DNA of 64,000 nt from an uncultured Thiotrichales bacterium (GTDB lineage: Bacteria; Pseudomonadota; Gammaproteobacteria; UBA4575), in the NCBI GenBank assembly GCA_964486815.1, contig CAZAOO010000011.1, forward strand, positions 14,760 through 78,759. The letters run 5' to 3'. Below are positions 1 to 10,094 of this stretch, piece by piece (within the stretch, counting starts at the first letter, position 1; every line of letters begins with the position of its first letter). The position numbers were made by a program, and so were the translations under genes. The notes under the pieces were generated by a model. The model did not search any database. It worked only from the letters and a program-made list of their open reading frames with translations, and was not told the origin of the DNA.

Positions 1-245
1 TATAAAAATTAGGCGCAAGACTAGACTGATAATCAATTAATAATATCAAGCCGATATCTTGAATAAGCCCTCACAAATATATGGTATTAGCCAATTTGCT
101 CAACATTTCTATCAACTTGTTTATCAAATTGGCAAGATTTACACGATTTGTTCAAATACCACGGCTAATAACTGAACAGATTCCTTGGTAAATTTGTCAG
201 GTACTATATTATTAGTCATCAGAGAGCCGACTGCTTTACAGATAC

Positions 246-2663
246 ATGAATACTGTTTTCCCAAATAATAAAACCCAAACCGAAGCACCTTCTTCAGGCT
301 CGCTTACGTCTAAAACAATTCTTAAAAGTACTTACGCATCCATAAATGCTGCTCTAGAAAGTGATAAAAAATTAATCCTAATTACAGGTAACAATAATCA
401 GGGTAAAACTGCATTACTAAACACAATTAATAAAGATATTGCCACAAGGCATCGTGTTATTACGCTATCAGGCAAAGATTTACCTTTCCTGGACAAGTCT
501 AAAAATAACAGCAGTACCGAACTAAATAATGTGCAGGACTTTATATTAGAGTCCACAGATTTGGGGGATAAGTTAGTAGTCATTTTGAATGATGCCCACT
601 GCTTACCGATTAGTTTTTTAAGTGGGCTAGTTGAGAGTACTAAAAATTTAGAACTTAAAAATAACAATTTACAGCTAATCTTATCAGGACCGTTAAATTT
701 CAAAGATCAGCTTTTAGCAGTTGAACAGATAGATGCAAAGGATGTTACGCATTGCCTAATAGATTGCCTAAACAACGAAGAAATTCAGACTTATATACAG
801 AACAAAACTTACAAAATTGCTTCAAATATAAAACAGCTTAAATTTGACTCGAATACGCTACTAGCCATTGAAAATTTTGTTCAATCTAATCAGCAATTAT
901 TAGATTTAATTCTTGAATGGTGTGCTGCAATTGTTAAGAAAGACCAACTAACCAGCATGACCTCACAAGTTGTAAACCATGCTATTAGCTATGCTAAACA
1001 GTTTTCAAAAGATAAAAATATACCTTTGTCTAGCTCTTATCCTCCTTTTCATGAGGTATATAAATATATCAACGACATCCAGTCCTCTAGCAAGGCAAAT
1101 AATAAGCCAGACAAAAAAACAACTAAAACAGTTTCAAAAAATTCAGTTAAAAAGACAGACACAAGCAAGGTTGCGTTTCAAAAAACCAAAATTCCAATAA
1201 TTTCAGCTAGTGCTCCACCTCATGCGAAACGCAAACAACATAGGAAAGTGAATGAGCATGAAGATGAAGCTATGCCTACCAATTGGGTCCCTTCAGGAAA
1301 GTTAAAACGCAGCAAAAAAAATTCTTTCTCGGCTACAACAGGATTAATTACATTTCTGCTACTGGCTTTCATGGTATTCATTGCTTTCCAAATCTGGCCA
1401 GATTCCAAGCAAGTAAATCTGCCTAAACCAGCCATTGCAGAAAATAAACAAAATGAAGTAATCGTTGCTGAACAAAAACTTGTCGATGAAATAACGCTCA
1501 ATACAGATAGTGCCAATTCCCCTACTAGCAGCGCCTCTAAAATTTCCAGCACCAGTATTGGCCAGGTGGTTGAAGACACAATAGATCAAAATATGACTGC
1601 TGCTGAAGTTTCTGTTATGTCTATTAATATGGATAAAACAGATGGAGTAAATCCTGAATCTGAAAAAGCTGCATTAGATACCGTTAATAATCTTGAGAAT
1701 GAGAGCAAAGCCGACATGATGAGTGAGGGAAGCGCACTCATAATTAATCCAAAAGATCAGAACAATCTTATCGATAAGCCCAGCAACCTACCCGTCAACA
1801 TAGCAAGTCAAATAACAGGCATCAAACCAACCGAAGAAGCAGAGCAAATAAACCCAGCAGAAATAAAGCCAGAAATAAAGAGAGAAGTTAAACAAGATAT
1901 AAAAGAAGAAATAAGTCCAGAAATTAAAGCTGAAACAACAGCATTATTGTCACAATCGGAATTATCTGAATTATTCGCATTAGCAAAAGTTCAGATTGAA
2001 AATAAACAACTATCAACACCTACTGGTAACAATGCGCTTGAAACCTATCAAAAAATTCTTGCTACCTTTCCTAACAATAAACAAGCTACTGCAGGCATCA
2101 AAAATGTACATGATATATATTTAGGCTGGGCTAATTACTATTTGCAACAGAATGATCTTGGTCGCGCTAAAAACTTCTATAACAAAGCATTAGGTATAAA
2201 CCCAAGCAATACCGTAGCTATAACAAATCTACAAGTTATTGCTCAACAAGAAGCAGCTGTTAACAAATCAGTTGCTAATGCAGAGCTACATAAAAAATCC
2301 GCTCGATTAGATTTTCCGGTAAGCGATCCTCCCAACAAAATTAAAACTTTGCTTGCCACTGCAAATGAAAAGATGCTGCAAATAAATTCAGACATAAATG
2401 CAAATAATCGTAACTATAGAACCTATCAAGAAGCGCAAACTATATACCATGATGTTTTGAGGTCTGAACCGCAAAATCAACAAGCCCTAGAGGGTCTAAG
2501 CAAAATAAAAATGTACTATGCCAATTGGGCTGAATTACAAATTCAAAACAAGAATTATAATATTGCATTATTTTTATATGGTCAGGCTCTTTCTATTGAG
2601 CCGAATAATTCACAATTCAATCAACGCATTGAGCAAGTAAAAGCACTCAAGAAAGCTCTTTAA
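246..2663 (+). CDS. ExeA/MshM-like AAA ATPase fused to a transmembrane segment and C-terminal TPR repeats (MshN-like); pilus or secretion-biogenesis type architecture
   Basis: The N-terminus has a P-loop (ILITGNNNQGKTALL) and an AAA_22/ExeA-like layout. A Lys/Thr-rich linker follows, then a hydrophobic helix (TGLITFLLLAFMVFIAFQIW). The C-terminus carries TPR-like repeats (YYLQQNDLGRAKNFYNKALGINP and others). Confidence 0.5.
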   Translation: MNTVFPNNKTQTEAPSSGSLTSKTILKSTYASINAALESDKKLILITGNNNQGKTALLNTINKDIATRHRVITLSGKDLPFLDKSKNNSSTELNNVQDFILESTDLGDKLVVILNDAHCLPISFLSGLVESTKNLELKNNNLQLILSGPLNFKDQLLAVEQIDAKDVTHCLIDCLNNEEIQTYIQNKTYKIASNIKQLKFDSNTLLAIENFVQSNQQLLDLILEWCAAIVKKDQLTSMTSQVVNHAISYAKQFSKDKNIPLSSSYPPFHEVYKYINDIQSSSKANNKPDKKTTKTVSKNSVKKTDTSKVAFQKTKIPIISASAPPHAKRKQHRKVNEHEDEAMPTNWVPSGKLKRSKKNSFSATTGLITFLLLAFMVFIAFQIWPDSKQVNLPKPAIAENKQNEVIVAEQKLVDEITLNTDSANSPTSSASKISSTSIGQVVEDTIDQNMTAAEVSVMSINMDKTDGVNPESEKAALDTVNNLENESKADMMSEGSALIINPKDQNNLIDKPSNLPVNIASQITGIKPTEEAEQINPAEIKPEIKREVKQDIKEEISPEIKAETTALLSQSELSELFALAKVQIENKQLSTPTGNNALETYQKILATFPNNKQATAGIKNVHDIYLGWANYYLQQNDLGRAKNFYNKALGINPSNTVAITNLQVIAQQEAAVNKSVANAELHKKSARLDFPVSDPPNKIKTLLATANEKMLQINSDINANNRNYRTYQEAQTIYHDVLRSEPQNQQALEGLSKIKMYYANWAELQIQNKNYNIALFLYGQALSIEPNNSQFNQRIEQVKALKKAL

Positions 2664-2706
2664 AAAACTTCTTAAAACTCATCACCAAATACTAACCGGA
2701 TTTATA

Positions 2707-3111
2707 ATGGACAATACTTCTTCTTCCACATTATTGGTTGTGCAAGTTAATGGAACGCCTATGCTTGAATATGATAGAGCAAAATTACTTAGCCCGGTTC
2801 AAAAACAATCATTAGTGTTAATGGAAGAAAAACTAAATCAAGGGTTAATACTTGCTAACGAAAATGTGCCAAATCCCAGTCTTGAGCAACGTGTAGAATT
2901 TGTGGCGGCTAATTTGATTTCTGCTGTGTTAAACGATGAAGAAGTACTCGCCGCAGCAAGCTGTGCGTATATCGCAAATGCACTACCTGAACTAAAACAA
3001 GTCAAAGCACTAGAAAAAAACGGTGAAGTATCAATAGAACTTATCTTTGACCGTGAGTACCAGCCAGAAGAAATACTGACTTTTGTGCCGCCAGGCCAAT
3101 ATAAACAATAA
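2707..3111 (+). CDS. hypothetical protein, 134 aa, co-oriented and 43 bp downstream of the ATPase-TPR gene
   Basis: ORF with a coding-like composition; no family recognised. Confidence 0.35.
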   Translation: MDNTSSSTLLVVQVNGTPMLEYDRAKLLSPVQKQSLVLMEEKLNQGLILANENVPNPSLEQRVEFVAANLISAVLNDEEVLAAASCAYIANALPELKQVKALEKNGEVSIELIFDREYQPEEILTFVPPGQYKQ

Positions 3112-3562
3112 TCAGTATCGACAATAACTAGCTACGCGGGCCAGGCTATAGGCTACCTACCTAAGGGCGATATAGTGTGAATGCTTTTTAGTGCTTACTC
3201 CAAATCAGCACGGCTGCGCCCACGACTAAAATAAATAGTGCTACAAGTAAATTAACAGACATCCAAATTGTCCTTATTCAATTATTTAATTCGTAACTAC
3301 TATATATAAGTTAAATTAGTTAAAAGAAGTGCACCAGATCAGTTCATAAAATATACCGACAAAGCCTTGATCATTCTGTGGCTTAGTCCTTATGCAAATC
3401 TGAGAGTAATAATTTTCTATCGATCATTTATTACATTAGTTACGACATGACTATAGTTTCAATGAAACTTTCTGATTATTAAATTAATGGCATCGCGATC
3501 TCTGTCTGTATTATTTTTAATAAATCCAATAAATTCAACAATATACATGCTATTCTCAGCAG

Positions 3563-3754
3563 TGTTGTAATTTAACAACAATCTTAGGCACATTAGGGCT
3601 TGTGTGTATTTCACTGCATATATCAAGAATTACTCATAATTACCTGTTTGCAGTAAAACTTTTTCTTATTTTGTTGCAAAAATACAACGTATTTCTGTTG
3701 ACTTGCGTCACATAGAGAGGCAATCTGTCGTACAAATACAACGTTGTTGTATTT
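3563..3754. promoter_or_regulatory. cluster of three related dyad-symmetric sites in the porin leader
   Basis: Seen directly: TGTTGT-aattta-ACAACA at about 3563-3580, AAATAC-aac-GTATTT at about 3679-3693, and AAATACAAC-gtt-GTTGTATTT at about 3734-3754. A TTGACT -35-like hexamer lies between the last two. Confidence 0.3.
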
Positions 3755-3966
3755 AGTTTGTATGATTTGTTGTTAAGGATGCAGCAGTTCAATACAGATA
3801 GAGAGAATACATACAGAGGGAGGGAAGCACATCTTATTTCTTGTTTAAAAGACTTTATTTAATTAATAGGGGTTGTTACCAAAAAAGTATGAACAATCTC
3901 AACAGGAAAAATACTCGAGTATTTTTCTTTTATCTTTAAATCTTAGTTAAGAAGAGGAGTATCTTC

Positions 3967-5262
3967 ATGAAAACTAAACTATTAGGCGCAGCACTTGCAC
4001 TTGGCCTAGCGGTAACGCCATTGGCGTCGATCGCAGCAGGTGGAGTTGGCGGTGGTAACGCTAATTCAAGCTGGACCATCTACGGATGGCAAAACTATTC
4101 ATATAACTTCATAGACAATGACACTCGCGAGTTTGATCGCATTGATATGAACGCTGCAAACATTGGTTTTGCTGCAAGTATCGACACTGGTGTTTCTGTT
4201 GGCGGAACTGCGGTAAAAGCAAACGTTCAATGTGAGCAATTTACCCCTTTCCAACAATTTGCTGGTGGTACTGGCTGGTGTAACCGTAACTCTAAATTAA
4301 GCCTTTCTGGCCCTTGGGGTGAAATCGGTTATGCAATTTGGTTACTACCTTTCAACGAAATGGTTGCTCAGTGGGTTGACCCTTTCTATGATGCGGGTCT
4401 TGACTCATCATCTTCTATCATGGGTACTTCTGGTCTAGCAAGTAACTTCTATAATGGTGGAACCTTTGATGATACGACTCTAGGTGGTGACTTTGATTAT
4501 TCAAATTTCTCAATCTATGATGCGCAATTTAGCCGTCGCCAAGAAAACTTGCTTCATTGGTGGAGCCCAAACTGGAACGGCTTTAACGCTCGCCTAGCAG
4601 TCACTGCGGGTAACCGTGACGAAGCCAATGGCGACCTTGACCCACGTATCTGGTCTACAGGTGTATCTTATACCACTGATATTGGTAACAACAATCTTTG
4701 GTTTGCAGCTACTTATGAAAAGCATGATGAGTGGACAGCAGCGTCAAACAATCAACTACAAGGTTTTGCAAATGAGCCTTCTGCTGCTTTAGGCGCTGGC
4801 ACTTGTACTGACTCTGATGATGATGCATGGCGTATAGCGACACGATGGATTGGTTCTTTCGGTGCTACTTCTGTTACTTTAGCTGCAATGTATGAAGAAC
4901 TATCATGGGAAGCTGATTGTTCTTTCGATACTCTTCTTGCAGACTTAGAAGTAGATCATTGGATGGCTTCTGCAAAAATTGATTTTGCTGGCCCAATGGA
5001 CCTACGTATTTCATACATGAATGCGGATGAGTATGAGTGTGGTAGTGGTAGTGGTGCAGCATGTGTTGAAGATGACACTGATGCGCATGCATTTAACATT
5101 GGTCTTTTCTACACCATGCCTGCAGGCACTGAACTTCGCTTGGTTTACTCAGAAGTAGACAACGAAGACAATGCTACTTATGACTTTGGTATCAATGGCT
5201 CTGGCGTTGCTCAGGGTGACAAAGCTACTGCAATCGGCATTGGTATGGTTCAGTGGTTCTAA
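3967..5262 (+). CDS. outer-membrane beta-barrel porin (family not resolved)
   Basis: Signal peptide MKTKLLGAALALGLAVTPLASIAA; Gly/aromatic-rich alternating pattern; C-terminal GMVQWF ending in Phe, typical of an OMP beta-signal; a strong terminator follows. Confidence 0.6.
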   Translation: MKTKLLGAALALGLAVTPLASIAAGGVGGGNANSSWTIYGWQNYSYNFIDNDTREFDRIDMNAANIGFAASIDTGVSVGGTAVKANVQCEQFTPFQQFAGGTGWCNRNSKLSLSGPWGEIGYAIWLLPFNEMVAQWVDPFYDAGLDSSSSIMGTSGLASNFYNGGTFDDTTLGGDFDYSNFSIYDAQFSRRQENLLHWWSPNWNGFNARLAVTAGNRDEANGDLDPRIWSTGVSYTTDIGNNNLWFAATYEKHDEWTAASNNQLQGFANEPSAALGAGTCTDSDDDAWRIATRWIGSFGATSVTLAAMYEELSWEADCSFDTLLADLEVDHWMASAKIDFAGPMDLRISYMNADEYECGSGSGAACVEDDTDAHAFNIGLFYTMPAGTELRLVYSEVDNEDNATYDFGINGSGVAQGDKATAIGIGMVQWF

Positions 5263-5294
5263 ATTGACGTAGAACAATATTCAACCATATAAAA

Positions 5295-5322
5295 ATAGGC
5301 GTCTTAGGGCGCCTATTTTTTT
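5295..5322 (+). terminator. rho-independent terminator after the porin gene
   Basis: ataggcgtc-ttag-ggcgcctat forms a 9 bp stem and is followed by tttttttt. Confidence 0.65.
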
Positions 5323-5426
5323 GCCCATGTATGTAACAGATATATTCAATAATGAACCTTCTTTATTGGTAGAGACTCAAATTATCTATTACACTCCAGT
5401 CGTAATTTAATAATCCTATATTTGAA

Positions 5427-6209
5427 ATGTCCAATAAATACATACCATTCTTCATACTCTTATGCTTATTTATCTCAACTTCTACGTTTGCAGATTGCTC
5501 GCGTGAAGATATTCAGTTTTATCTTGATAAGGGTTTTACCCAAGAACAGGTTACACAGTTATGTTCCACATCAAACAATGGTAACGACTCACCTGATTAC
5601 ACTCCTTACCAGCAACAAGTAATTATTTATAAAGAAGGTGGTGAAGCACCTGGGCTTAAGGATGGTCTAACCAAAGAAGAACGCGAAGCAGTTAGCGTCA
5701 TTAATGCTGGAGGTAACATCTCTAAGTTACAAGTAACACCACAAAATATTAGTTACTCCGCAAAAGTCTGTATAATTTCAGCTAACAGCCCAGAGGTAGA
5801 TCAGCGTTACAAAGACTGCATAGATGTTGACTTCGTTGTACAAAGAAAAGACTTAATCGTGTCATCTTCTGGTAAAAAACTTTTATTGTTTGGTAACCAA
5901 TATGTATTACTTGAAGGCATTATTGACGCAAAGCCGAAACGTGCCTGGGAAGATTACCCAATTGATGTACGCCGAGCTCTAAAACGCAATTTTGAATGGC
6001 AAGAAACAGGCAAAAAGACGAAATTCCCTGTAGATGGTGATTATTCAGTAACCAGGCTTGTTAATGCATTTAGAACGCTTGCTGAAACATACGGAGAAAA
6101 TGAAGAAACAAACCAAGTTGCAGCAACACAAGATGATGATGAAACTAAAGAAGTGGTTGCTGAACCCAAAGAAGATAAGAAAAAGAAGTGGTGGAATCCG
6201 TTTGATTAG
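5427..6209 (+). CDS. hypothetical secreted protein or lipoprotein with a Lys/Glu-rich C-terminus
   Basis: N-terminal signal sequence ending FADC (lipobox-like); no recognisable domain. Confidence 0.45.
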   Translation: MSNKYIPFFILLCLFISTSTFADCSREDIQFYLDKGFTQEQVTQLCSTSNNGNDSPDYTPYQQQVIIYKEGGEAPGLKDGLTKEEREAVSVINAGGNISKLQVTPQNISYSAKVCIISANSPEVDQRYKDCIDVDFVVQRKDLIVSSSGKKLLLFGNQYVLLEGIIDAKPKRAWEDYPIDVRRALKRNFEWQETGKKTKFPVDGDYSVTRLVNAFRTLAETYGENEETNQVAATQDDDETKEVVAEPKEDKKKKWWNPFD

Positions 6210-6343
6210 TTTTTTGCAACATACAGCTGTGGTCTCTGTTACATTGGGTTACATTCAGTTACTTTAGTTGACTAATCTATACAACATGCTCTCTTAGCCT
6301 GCGATAGGGTTTAGCCTGCTAAGCTGCGCTTGCAATGGCCGGA

Positions 6344-6643
6344 TTATTGAATAATATCCTTATATAGATCTTTCCATTCGGGGTTATTTTCTTCTATCAG
6401 CTCAAGTTTCTTTTTTCTTGAACCAGATTTTATTTGTTTCTCTCTTTGGATAGCTGAGAACATGTCTTGATGCAATTCGCACCAGACAAGTCTATGAACA
6501 TTGTATTTTTTTGTAAAGCCATCAACTAATTTATGATTATACTGATAAGTTCTTTTAACTAGATTACTTGTAACACCGGTGTAAATAGTTCCATTACGTT
6601 TATTTGCAAGAATATATACGCATAGCGATTTTTTAGTATTCAT
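6344..6643 (-). CDS. GIY-YIG nuclease family protein (YhbQ-like, about 99 aa)
   Basis: VYIL...GTIYTGVTSNLVKR...H, a GIY-YIG-like motif in a small standalone ORF. Confidence 0.8.
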   Translation of the reverse strand: MNTKKSLCVYILANKRNGTIYTGVTSNLVKRTYQYNHKLVDGFTKKYNVHRLVWCELHQDMFSAIQREKQIKSGSRKKKLELIEENNPEWKDLYKDIIQ

Positions 6644-6676
6644 GCACCACTCTCAAATACACCCCAAATACACGAT

Positions 6677-6891
6677 GTCATTGCGAACGAAGTGAAGCAA
6701 TCCAGTAATGAAATAAATATCTTTTTAGCGTTCTATGCTGAGGCACTCGGCTACACCTGATTTAAAGTAAGCCTTTTAAAATAAACTATAAATCACCTTA
6801 TTCTGTATGCATAGTATTAAACATAAAATATGATAAATATTGGCCGCAATTTATCTTATTAACTAGATTGCTTCACTCTGTTCGCAATGAC
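6677..6891. repeat. 215 bp element bounded by 26 bp near-perfect inverted repeats (MITE-like, or a long imperfect hairpin)
   Basis: gtcattgcgaacgaagtgaagcaatc at about 6677-6702, and its reverse complement gattgcttcactctgttcgcaatgac at about 6866-6891 (24/26 match). The interior is AT-rich with no ORF. Confidence 0.45.
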
Positions 6892-6907
6892 GTTAATAAC
6901 AAAGTAT

Positions 6908-8452
6908 TTAATTGCTAATGTCATGAATCAATAATGATGCTCCCGTCATAGACTTGGGCTGAGAAATTCCCATTAATTCTAAAATGGTCGGTGCCACCGC
7001 ACTTAGACCTTTGCCATTAGCCAAATTCCAAGCACCATCATCAATCACTAAACAGGGTACCGGGTAAGTCGTGTGTTGGGTGTGAGGTTCTTTGGTGCGC
7101 GGGTCGATCATCTCATCACAATTGCCATGATCTGACGTCAACAACACCGATACGTCTTTCGCTTTTGCAGCATCCAATACGCGCCCAACATGTAGATCGA
7201 GTGCTTCTAATGCCGCGATGATGGCTTCTTTGATTGCCGTATGGCCCACCATATCGGCATTCGCAAAGTTCACCACGATCAGCGCATAATTTTCATTGTT
7301 AATAGCTTTAATGGCTTCATCGGCTACTTCTTCTGCACTCATTTCGGGTTGTAAATCATAGGTGGCTACTTTTGGAGAAGACACCATTTTGCGATCTTCG
7401 CCCTCATAAGCATCTTCATGCCCACCGTTTAAAAAGTAGGTTACGTGAGGATATTTTTCTGTTTCCGCACAGTGAAACTGATGTAAACCATGCTTGGAGA
7501 TTACTTCTGCCAGATTAGTCTCTGGTTTACGTGGTGCAAATATGACTGAGCCAAGATACTCTTTACTATACTTGGTCATTTTAGTGAGTTTGATAGGTTT
7601 ATAACCTGGACCCCGGTCAAAAGCTCTAAACTCATCTTTAGCTAGTGCTTTACTGATTTGACGCGGTCGATCATTACGAAAATTGGTAAAGATTACCTCT
7701 GATTCCGAAGTTAAAGGCAAGGCATTACCCAAAATAGAAGGCTTAATAAATTCATCAGTTTCGCCACGCGTATAAGCCTTATCTATCGCATTCATTGCAT
7801 CCGTGCATTCCTCGCCTTTTAACAGTACTAATGCTTCCCAAGCCTTAAGAGTGCGATCCCATCTACGATCCCGATCCATGGCAAAGTAACGGCCCATTAC
7901 GGTTGCGATGGAACCATTTACGTCAATTAGTGCTTCCTGTAAACGCTTGATATATTTTTTTGCACTTTTTGGTGCCGTGTCGCGACCATCCGTAATGACA
8001 TGTAGCACAGGTCTTATTTGTACTTCACGGCATAACTTAATCAGAGCCAAGGTATGATTAATATGCGAATGAACTCCGCCATCAGACATTAAACCGATAA
8101 TGTGAATATAACCTTCTTTCTTCTTTGCATTTTCCAATGCACGGCGTAGTGCCGACATTTCATAAAAACTTCCATCGGCAATCGCTTCATTAATACGGAT
8201 CAAATCTTGATTAATGATAGCGCCACAGCCAATCGTCATATGGCCTACTTCAGAATTACCCATTTGCCCTGGCGGCAAACCTACCGCTTCGCCTGAAGCC
8301 TCTAATACAGTATGTGGATAATTAGAAAAATATTCATCTAAATTAGGTGTATTTGCTTGCAACACAGCATTATTAGATTTGCTAGGGTTTGTACCAAAGC
8401 CATCGAGAATCAGCAGCAAGGCACGTTTACGTAAAGTTACTTTTTTTTCCAC
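6908..8452 (-). CDS. gpmI: 2,3-bisphosphoglycerate-independent phosphoglycerate mutase
   Basis: 514 aa; LLILDGFG at the N-terminus; an SDHGN catalytic Ser region; iPGM length. Confidence 0.9.
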   Translation of the reverse strand: MEKKVTLRKRALLLILDGFGTNPSKSNNAVLQANTPNLDEYFSNYPHTVLEASGEAVGLPPGQMGNSEVGHMTIGCGAIINQDLIRINEAIADGSFYEMSALRRALENAKKKEGYIHIIGLMSDGGVHSHINHTLALIKLCREVQIRPVLHVITDGRDTAPKSAKKYIKRLQEALIDVNGSIATVMGRYFAMDRDRRWDRTLKAWEALVLLKGEECTDAMNAIDKAYTRGETDEFIKPSILGNALPLTSESEVIFTNFRNDRPRQISKALAKDEFRAFDRGPGYKPIKLTKMTKYSKEYLGSVIFAPRKPETNLAEVISKHGLHQFHCAETEKYPHVTYFLNGGHEDAYEGEDRKMVSSPKVATYDLQPEMSAEEVADEAIKAINNENYALIVVNFANADMVGHTAIKEAIIAALEALDLHVGRVLDAAKAKDVSVLLTSDHGNCDEMIDPRTKEPHTQHTTYPVPCLVIDDGAWNLANGKGLSAVAPTILELMGISQPKSMTGASLLIHDISN

Positions 8453-8500
8453 AATCCAAATCGTTATATTGTTAATACTTTTGGTTTTAATAAATAAAAA

Positions 8501-9382
8501 TCAATCTTTATTTTTATCAGATTCATCTAATAGTTCGTCATCATCTATTTCAATATCATATGCTTGATCACCTTTCCCATGGCTTAAAGCTGAAAAACGT
8601 GGTTCTTGACGTTCAGCACTCTCTATGTCATCTGTACGCTTATTATTGATCATTATGCGCGACATTAATAAACCTAGTTCAAATAAAAGCCATACCGGTA
8701 TAGCTAATAAAAATTGTGAAATGATATCCGGTGGCGTGAGTAACATTCCTATAACAAAAGCACCTACAATTACATATGGACGTTTTGCAGCCAGTTGGTC
8801 AGATGTGGTCACGCCTAATTTAACCAGCACAAAAGTAATGATAGGCACTTCAAATGCTACACCAAAGGCGATAAATATTTTCATCACAAAATCTAGGTAA
8901 CGGCCAATATCGGTCATCACCGCAACCCCTTCAGGTGCGACACGCGTAAAAAATGCAAACATCAAAGGAAAGACAACAAAATACGCAAACGCCATACCGA
9001 CATAAAATAGGATTGAGCTCGATACAATAATCGGTAATGCTAGACGCTTCTCATGGGTGTAGAGACCTGGCGCGATAAATCCCCAGACATGATAAAGAAT
9101 GATGGGTATCGACAATACAATACTCAGTACAAATACTAGTTTAAACGGTGTAAGAAAAGGTGAGGCAACATCAATAGCTACCATTGAGCTGCCTTCCGGC
9201 ATATGCGCCATTAAAGGGCCTGCTAAATATCCATACAGATCATTTGCAAACATAAACAAGCACATAAACACCAACATCACACTGCCGACAATCCATAGTA
9301 GGCGGCTACGCAATTCATAAAGATGCGTTAAAAGTGTTTCGTGTTTTGGATTACTGTCAGAGGTATCGTTAGGGGTTGTCAT
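8501..9382 (-). CDS. tatC: twin-arginine translocase subunit TatC, with an acidic C-terminal extension
   Basis: LTHLYELRSRLLWIV start and six transmembrane helices; follows tatA-tatB. Confidence 0.9.
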   Translation of the reverse strand: MTTPNDTSDSNPKHETLLTHLYELRSRLLWIVGSVMLVFMCLFMFANDLYGYLAGPLMAHMPEGSSMVAIDVASPFLTPFKLVFVLSIVLSIPIILYHVWGFIAPGLYTHEKRLALPIIVSSSILFYVGMAFAYFVVFPLMFAFFTRVAPEGVAVMTDIGRYLDFVMKIFIAFGVAFEVPIITFVLVKLGVTTSDQLAAKRPYVIVGAFVIGMLLTPPDIISQFLLAIPVWLLFELGLLMSRIMINNKRTDDIESAERQEPRFSALSHGKGDQAYDIEIDDDELLDESDKNKD

Positions 9383-9824
9383 GTTTGGAAGGATTGCTGG
9401 TTTGCTGGCCTGAATCTAGGCCAGATTCTAGACTAGATTCAGGACTACTTTCTTGACCACTTTCTTGGCTGAGTGACAACTCGCGCTGTTTGGTTGATTC
9501 AATATGTTTTTCAACGGCTCGAATTAATTCAGAATCTCCTTGCTCTTCATCTTCAAAATCTAATTCTTTTTCTATTTCAGTTTGAGTGCTCTTAAGCATT
9601 TCCTTAAGCTCACCAATTTCACTTTGCTGTTTTTCTAAGATTTCTTTTAGTTCGGCTGCTTTGATTTCAGATTCAATATCAGAACGAACACTCGCGATCA
9701 TTCGCCTAGCTTTACCCACCCATTTACCAATCTGTCCGGCTAAGGCAGGCAAACGCTCTGGCCCAACAACCAAAAGCGCTACCACCATAACAATTGCAAG
9801 TTCCCAAAATCCAAAATCAAACAT
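9369..9824 (-). CDS. tatB: twin-arginine translocase subunit TatB
   Basis: MFDFGFWELAIVMVVALLVVGPERLP at the N-terminus. Confidence 0.85.
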   Translation of the reverse strand: MFDFGFWELAIVMVVALLVVGPERLPALAGQIGKWVGKARRMIASVRSDIESEIKAAELKEILEKQQSEIGELKEMLKSTQTEIEKELDFEDEEQGDSELIRAVEKHIESTKQRELSLSQESGQESSPESSLESGLDSGQQTSNPSKHDNP

Positions 9825-9846
9825 AGTTGTTTATGATTTTATGGAT

Positions 9847-10029
9847 TCATTCTTTAGGTTTGGTTTCGTCCGATTCAGACTGAGTTGTATCGTCTTCGTC
9901 CTTCATGGACTTTTTGAAATTTTTAACCGCACCACCTATATCACCACCCATATTACGTAATTTTTTTGTGCCAAAAATCAGTAATACAATGACGAGTACA
10001 ATCAGTAATTGCCAAGGGCTAATTCCCAT
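9847..10029 (-). CDS. tatA: twin-arginine translocase subunit TatA
   Basis: [25 protein letters not shown] at the N-terminus. Confidence 0.85.
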   Translation of the reverse strand: MGISPWQLLIVLVIVLLIFGTKKLRNMGGDIGGAVKNFKKSMKDEDDTTQSESDETKPKE

Positions 10030-10094
10030 AATCTTAACTCCTATAAAACTTTAATAAGTATTTATTATCAAGCTGATAAATTACAACCGCTTTA

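Noticed and set aside
398-1589. Antisense or alternative-frame ORFs (398-703, 979-1200, 1220-1579, 1359-1589) inside the ATPase-TPR gene
   Set aside because: They are fully embedded in a long, well-supported ORF and have no motifs, so they are six-frame noise. The same applies to the many other ORFs of 60-150 aa that overlap hisF, trkH, trkA, ntrX/ntrY, fmt, topA, hemB, bioB, algC and dnaA.
5422-6267. ORFs 5422-5622 and 6058-6267 overlapping the lipoprotein gene
   Set aside because: They are alternative frames of the 5427-6209 ORF with low-complexity translations.
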